A stretch of 64,000 nt of DNA from Campylobacteraceae bacterium. Its GTDB lineage: Bacteria; Campylobacterota; Campylobacteria; Campylobacterales; Sulfurovaceae. Shown in pieces: positions 59,854 to 64,000 of the stretch. Both the position numbers and the translations under genes were made by a program. The stretch lies in contig JALVWQ010000051.1 in the NCBI GenBank assembly GCA_027034975.1, positions 7,321 through 71,320 of the forward strand, written 5' to 3'. The notes beneath the pieces are model-generated. The model did not search any database. It was not told where the DNA came from and saw nothing but the letters and a program-made list of their open reading frames with translations. The first letter of the stretch is position 1. Each line of letters begins with the position of its first letter.

Positions 59854-60772
59854 TCTCTTGGGCCTCTTTAAGAAGTTCTAAAGCACCTTGTGTAATCATA
59901 GAATCTGCAAGTTCTACTCCTAAGTTACGTGCCTCATCTACGGGGACACTCTTACTCTCTTCTAAAATTTTAGAGCCATCAACTAAGCCTATTAAGGCTC
60001 GCATTGTAAGGGTATCACCTTTAATCACTGCATTTACTGCAACCGGTGCCGAACAACCTGCACCAATTTTAGCGATAAAATCCCTCTCTAACTGGGTACA
60101 GAGAAATGTCTCTTCGTCATTGAGAGCAGCTGCAACCTTCTCTAAGAGTGGATCATTCTCTAAAATCTCTATACCCAAAGCAGCTTGACCCATTGGGGGT
60201 ATCATAAATTCAAGCTTTTGTGTATATGGAATATCTTTTATTAAGTCAAGGCGATGTAAACCAATATAGGCTAATATAATCGCATCATATTGCCCCTCTT
60301 TGAGCTTACGAAGTCTTGTATTTACATTCCCTCGTAGATCTTTTACATTTAAATCTGGGCGTTTTGCTAAAAGCTGCATTCTACGACGCAAACTTGTCGT
60401 GCCTACCACTGCACCTTCTGGTAAAGCTTCAAAACTCTCATAGTTATGAGATAAAAAGAGATCACTTTGATCCTCTCTCTTTGTAACAGCTGCAAGTTTT
60501 AACCCTTTAGGAATGAAGCTAGGAACATCCTTAAGTGAATGCACAGCAAGATTTGCCCTTCCTTCAAGCATTGCATCTTCTAACTCTTTTGTAAAGTGTC
60601 CTTTCCCTCCAATGAGTGCTAAAGGCTTATCTAGAATTTGATCACCTTTACTTGTCATCTTGCTAATAACAACTTCTACTTTGGGGAATAGGCTCTTTAT
60701 TCTAGCTTCTATATGGTATGCTTGCCAAAGAGCCAATTGGCTCTCTCTTGTTGCTATTACTACTCTTTCCAC
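59819..60772 (-). CDS. hemC: Hydroxymethylbilane synthase (porphobilinogen deaminase)
   Basis: IATRESQLALWQA, SLKDVP, GTTSLRRR, GNVNTRL, cofactor Cys in GAGCSAPV. Confidence 0.95.
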   Translation of the reverse strand: MERVVIATRESQLALWQAYHIEARIKSLFPKVEVVISKMTSKGDQILDKPLALIGGKGHFTKELEDAMLEGRANLAVHSLKDVPSFIPKGLKLAAVTKREDQSDLFLSHNYESFEALPEGAVVGTTSLRRRMQLLAKRPDLNVKDLRGNVNTRLRKLKEGQYDAIILAYIGLHRLDLIKDIPYTQKLEFMIPPMGQAALGIEILENDPLLEKVAAALNDEETFLCTQLERDFIAKIGAGCSAPVAVNAVIKGDTLTMRALIGLVDGSKILEESKSVPVDEARNLGVELADSMITQGALELLKEAQESAFKEYRPDRI

Positions 60773-60776
60773 AAAA

Positions 60777-61607
60777 CTACTTTTTTATGAATTTTTTATA
60801 ACTTGTAATATCTGGATCATACTTACCATCTAAATAGACTGTAGGTGTCCCTTTAAGCATTACTCTTGTTGCTTTTTCTGTATCATCTTTAATAGCTTTT
60901 TTAATATCATCAGCATCTATCTGCTCTTGTTTAATTTCAACATTATATTGCTTTTTAACTGCCTCTAAAACCTTTTTAGGGTCTTTCTCTGTAATTGGTA
61001 TATTAAGGTCATACATCTTCATTGCCTCATCAAACTTCCCTTGCTTTTGTAATACCTCCATTACTCGTGTTAAAATAGGAGAGACTGGATGTATTCTTGC
61101 AAGTGGCATATGGTAATAATAAAGTGCAAATGTATCTGGATGCTCTTTTACAGTTTTATAGATATTTGGAACATATTGTTGACAGAATGGACACTTTGGA
61201 TCAGAGAAAATAACAATTTTATGTGGAGCATCCTTTTTCCCAGCAATTAAATGTGCATCGTTATAGTAATCTTTTGTTACATCTGGTCTAAAGTTTTTAC
61301 CAACCATCTTATGTGTTTTAAGATTATAAAGGTTCATTGAAACTAGATTATCTTTCTCGTTTACAAATACCATCTCTGGATATTTACCATCTTTTCCTTT
61401 TACATTCAGATCCATTACAAACATATATGCAACCCAGTTACTAGCATTTGTGTCTCGCTTTTCAAGCAACTCAACACCATTTACCTTTATATCTGGATTT
61501 TTTATTAAATCTCTCTTTACATAATTCTCTAAGTTAAACTCAGCACTAGCTACGAATGTCGTCGCTATGAGTGCTGTCGATAATTTCAACATCAATGACA
61601 TCATCAT
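60777..61607 (-). CDS. Periplasmic DsbC/DsbG-like thiol:disulfide interchange protein
   Basis: Signal peptide and thioredoxin motif SDPKCPFCQQY. The start is uncertain (three consecutive Met, then Met6). Confidence 0.75.
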   Translation of the reverse strand: MMMSLMLKLSTALIATTFVASAEFNLENYVKRDLIKNPDIKVNGVELLEKRDTNASNWVAYMFVMDLNVKGKDGKYPEMVFVNEKDNLVSMNLYNLKTHKMVGKNFRPDVTKDYYNDAHLIAGKKDAPHKIVIFSDPKCPFCQQYVPNIYKTVKEHPDTFALYYYHMPLARIHPVSPILTRVMEVLQKQGKFDEAMKMYDLNIPITEKDPKKVLEAVKKQYNVEIKQEQIDADDIKKAIKDDTEKATRVMLKGTPTVYLDGKYDPDITSYKKFIKK

Positions 61608-61959
61608 CTCCTTCTTTTTTAAAGTTTTTTTTGTGGGGTATTTTAGTAAATATTCTTAGATAAATTGTGTACCCAAGTAGAATAATACCTAAAATATCAC
61701 TAAATACACCAGGGATTATCAATAAAATAGCACCCAATACATATGAAATAGCTGCATTTTGTGCATTCAAAATATTAAATCGCTCCACTCCAAGCCTCTG
61801 GAAACTATCCATAATTGCATAAGGTGAGAGTCGCAGCAATAGTGCACCAACAAATGAGGTAACTAATACCCATACAACACTCCACCCAAAACCAATGGTG
61901 ATACCCAGTTTAATAGAGGCCAAAAGCTCTATAATAAAGTATCCAAGCAGATATAACAT
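61546..61959 (-). CDS. fxsA: FxsA family membrane protein
   Basis: IIPGVFSDILGIILL motif, three or four TM helices, acidic tail. Confidence 0.75.
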   Translation of the reverse strand: MLYLLGYFIIELLASIKLGITIGFGWSVVWVLVTSFVGALLLRLSPYAIMDSFQRLGVERFNILNAQNAAISYVLGAILLIIPGVFSDILGIILLGYTIYLRIFTKIPHKKNFKKEGDDDVIDVEIIDSTHSDDIRS

Positions 61960-63693
61960 TTAGGCTAAATACTCCATAATTTTTGGAACAACACTCTCTA
62001 AAGCAATCTCCTCTTTTTCGAGTGTTCGTCTATTAACAATCTCGACTACTCCATCACCTATCTTTTTACCAACAATAATTGCATATGGAATTCCTATAAG
62101 CTCAAAATCGCTCATTTTAAATCCAAATCGCTCTTTTCTATCATCTAAAAGAACATCTACACCCTTTTCTTTTAGCTCTTTATAGAGCTGTTCACCAGCT
62201 TCTAACTCTTGCTCTTTTTTAATGTTCGAAACAATAATCTCTAAATCAAAAGGTGCTGTTGTTTTTGTCCAAATACACCCCTTCTCATCATGGTTTTGCT
62301 CAATAATTGCTGCTAAGAGTCTAGAGATACCAATACCGTATGTTCCCATTACAAATGGTTGCGATTTACCATTCTCATCTAAAAACTCAGCTTTGAGTGG
62401 TTCACTGTAGCGAGTACCTAGTTGGAATATATGTCCCACTTCAATACCTTTAGTATATTTCAATTTACCACTACATTTTGGACAACTATCACCCTCTTTT
62501 ACCTCTACAATATCTTTATAAACTAGATCTAAATCATTTAAATTTAAACCAACATAGTGGTAATCTTTCTCATTTGCACCAGCAATTGTAGAACTCTCAC
62601 CTTTTAATAGGTTATCCGCTATAAAGAGAGTATTTTCTGGTAGACCCTTAGGACCCATAAATCCAGGAGTAAGTCCTAAGCTTTCTAACTCTTCATCCTC
62701 TACATCAATCAACTCATTTGCATCAACTGCATTACACGCTTTAACCTCTTGGAGTTGGTCGCTCCCTCTAATACCAAAAAGCACAACTTTTGCAACTCCA
62801 TCATCATAGAGTGCTTTTTTCGCTACTACTTTGAGTGTATAGTATGGATCGATTTTAAAGAACTCTGCCAATGCTTCGATTGTCTTTATATCTGGAGTTA
62901 AAAACTTTCCAAAAGTCATCTCCGGTTTCTCATATTCGCTATCGAGCTCATGTGGAGCCTTTGGAGTCGCTCTTGTTGCTGCTTCGATATTTGCACCATA
63001 ATCGCAAGAGTCACACACTACTATAGTATCCTCTCCGCTCTCTGCTAGCACCATAAACTCTTTACTCCCACTTCCACCAATTGCACCGCTATCAGCCTCT
63101 ACAATTCTAAAATCTAAACCCAATCTTTTAAAGATACGACTATAGGTTGCTTCCATTTTTTTAAAACCATTCTCTATCATATCTGCTTCATCTTTATGGA
63201 AACTATAGCCATCTTTCATCAAGAACTCTCTCCCACGCATCAAACCAAATCGTGGTCTAATCTCATCTCTAAATTTCGTCTTTATCTGATAGAGGTTTAT
63301 AGGCAATTGCTTATAACTCTTTACATACTGACGCACAAGATTTACCATCATCTCTTCGTGGGTCGGACCAAGAACAAACTCTGCATTTTTTCTATCTTTA
63401 AAGCGAAGTAGCTCTTTCCCATACTTCTCAAAACGGCCACTCTCTCTCCAGAGTTCACTAGGTGTTACAAAAGCTAAATCGACCTCTTGACAACCTGCCT
63501 TATCAAGCTCCTCTTTAGCAATCGCTCGTACCTTATCTAAAACCTTCTTTCCTAGCGGTAAAAAGTTATATAAGCCTGCTCCAACACTCTGTATAAAGCC
63601 ACCGCGAACAAGATAGATATGACTCGGTAAAACTGCATCGCTTGGTGCCTCTTTTGATGTATAGATAAAAGATTGTGAAAACTTCATTCTCAA
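61960..63693 (-). CDS. proS: Proline--tRNA ligase (bacterial type with INS editing domain)
   Basis: Class II motifs ([27 protein letters not shown]) with an insertion domain; 577 aa. Confidence 0.95.
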   Translation of the reverse strand: MRMKFSQSFIYTSKEAPSDAVLPSHIYLVRGGFIQSVGAGLYNFLPLGKKVLDKVRAIAKEELDKAGCQEVDLAFVTPSELWRESGRFEKYGKELLRFKDRKNAEFVLGPTHEEMMVNLVRQYVKSYKQLPINLYQIKTKFRDEIRPRFGLMRGREFLMKDGYSFHKDEADMIENGFKKMEATYSRIFKRLGLDFRIVEADSGAIGGSGSKEFMVLAESGEDTIVVCDSCDYGANIEAATRATPKAPHELDSEYEKPEMTFGKFLTPDIKTIEALAEFFKIDPYYTLKVVAKKALYDDGVAKVVLFGIRGSDQLQEVKACNAVDANELIDVEDEELESLGLTPGFMGPKGLPENTLFIADNLLKGESSTIAGANEKDYHYVGLNLNDLDLVYKDIVEVKEGDSCPKCSGKLKYTKGIEVGHIFQLGTRYSEPLKAEFLDENGKSQPFVMGTYGIGISRLLAAIIEQNHDEKGCIWTKTTAPFDLEIIVSNIKKEQELEAGEQLYKELKEKGVDVLLDDRKERFGFKMSDFELIGIPYAIIVGKKIGDGVVEIVNRRTLEKEEIALESVVPKIMEYLA

Positions 63694-64000
63694 TTTTCCT
63701 TTTGTTTATATTTTTTAGGGTCTACACTATCGGTATTAAGTGAGAAAATCTCTTTTACAGCGTCTATCACATATGATTTATCGCTCTCTTTCGAAAGTTT
63801 TCGCATCTGCTTTGTTGGAAGATGTAAAAATTTATCAAAGAGCTGCATACCCATATGCTCTAAATTCTCTCTATACTTTTTTGGAATATATCCTTTTTTA
63901 ATAACCCTTTTTACCTCGGCATCTACAATCTCTTGAATGCTAAGACGCATCTGCTTGATAACCGGCTCAACAGCTAACGCCTGAAGCCACTTTAAAAAGT
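63690..64000 (-). CDS. hemA: Glutamyl-tRNA reductase, C-terminal part (continues beyond the window)
   Basis: The frame stays open to the window edge upstream of the track Met. The C-terminal dimerisation-domain-like sequence has a 4-nt overlap with the proS start. Confidence 0.8.
   Translation of the reverse strand, partial: FLKWLQALAVEPVIKQMRLSIQEIVDAEVKRVIKKGYIPKKYRENLEHMGMQLFDKFLHLPTKQMRKLSKESDKSYVIDAVKEIFSLNTDSVDPKKYKQKEN

Overview
AT-rich bacterial chromosomal window, about 60 protein genes and one tRNA. No rRNA, CRISPR array, transposase, integrase or phage gene was found. Gene content and several gene orders point to Campylobacterota (Epsilonproteobacteria), possibly a Sulfurimonas/Sulfurovum-like organism. 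The orders are tgt / RCK-domain protein / aroB / mscS-like / mtaB / ftsH-like / small esterase; pnp / J-domain / lptD / RDD / purD; gltX-like / yggT / slt; and hemA / proS ... hemC. I remember these as typical of Helicobacter/Campylobacter relatives, so the genus call is a weak inference. Most of the window is housekeeping: leuBD, purU, rpoD, ppa, fbp, apt, aroB, tgt, pnp, lptD, purD, purL, nspC, rodA-like, sufBCD-sufE-sufT, metG, a TAXI-TRAP transporter, yebC, hemC, proS and hemA. The clear accessory segment is 522-8788. It is a five-gene, translationally coupled operon encoding a roughly 1800-aa secreted multidomain protein followed by four prepilin-type (type IV pilin-like) proteins. No pilus or T2SS assembly genes lie in the remaining 55 kb. 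This is my best candidate for a poorly described system, a minor-pilin/tip-adhesin module of PilY1- or MshQ-like logic. Secondary points of interest are three heavily structured intergenic regions (31.6 kb, 38.2 kb, 39.3 kb), a ~55-65-nt repeat family with three copies, three apparently catalytically degenerate paralogues (GluRS-like, FtsH-like, Mur-ligase-like), and a DUF45 gene that seems to need a non-canonical start. All calls come from reading the translations and sequence by eye. No database search was run.
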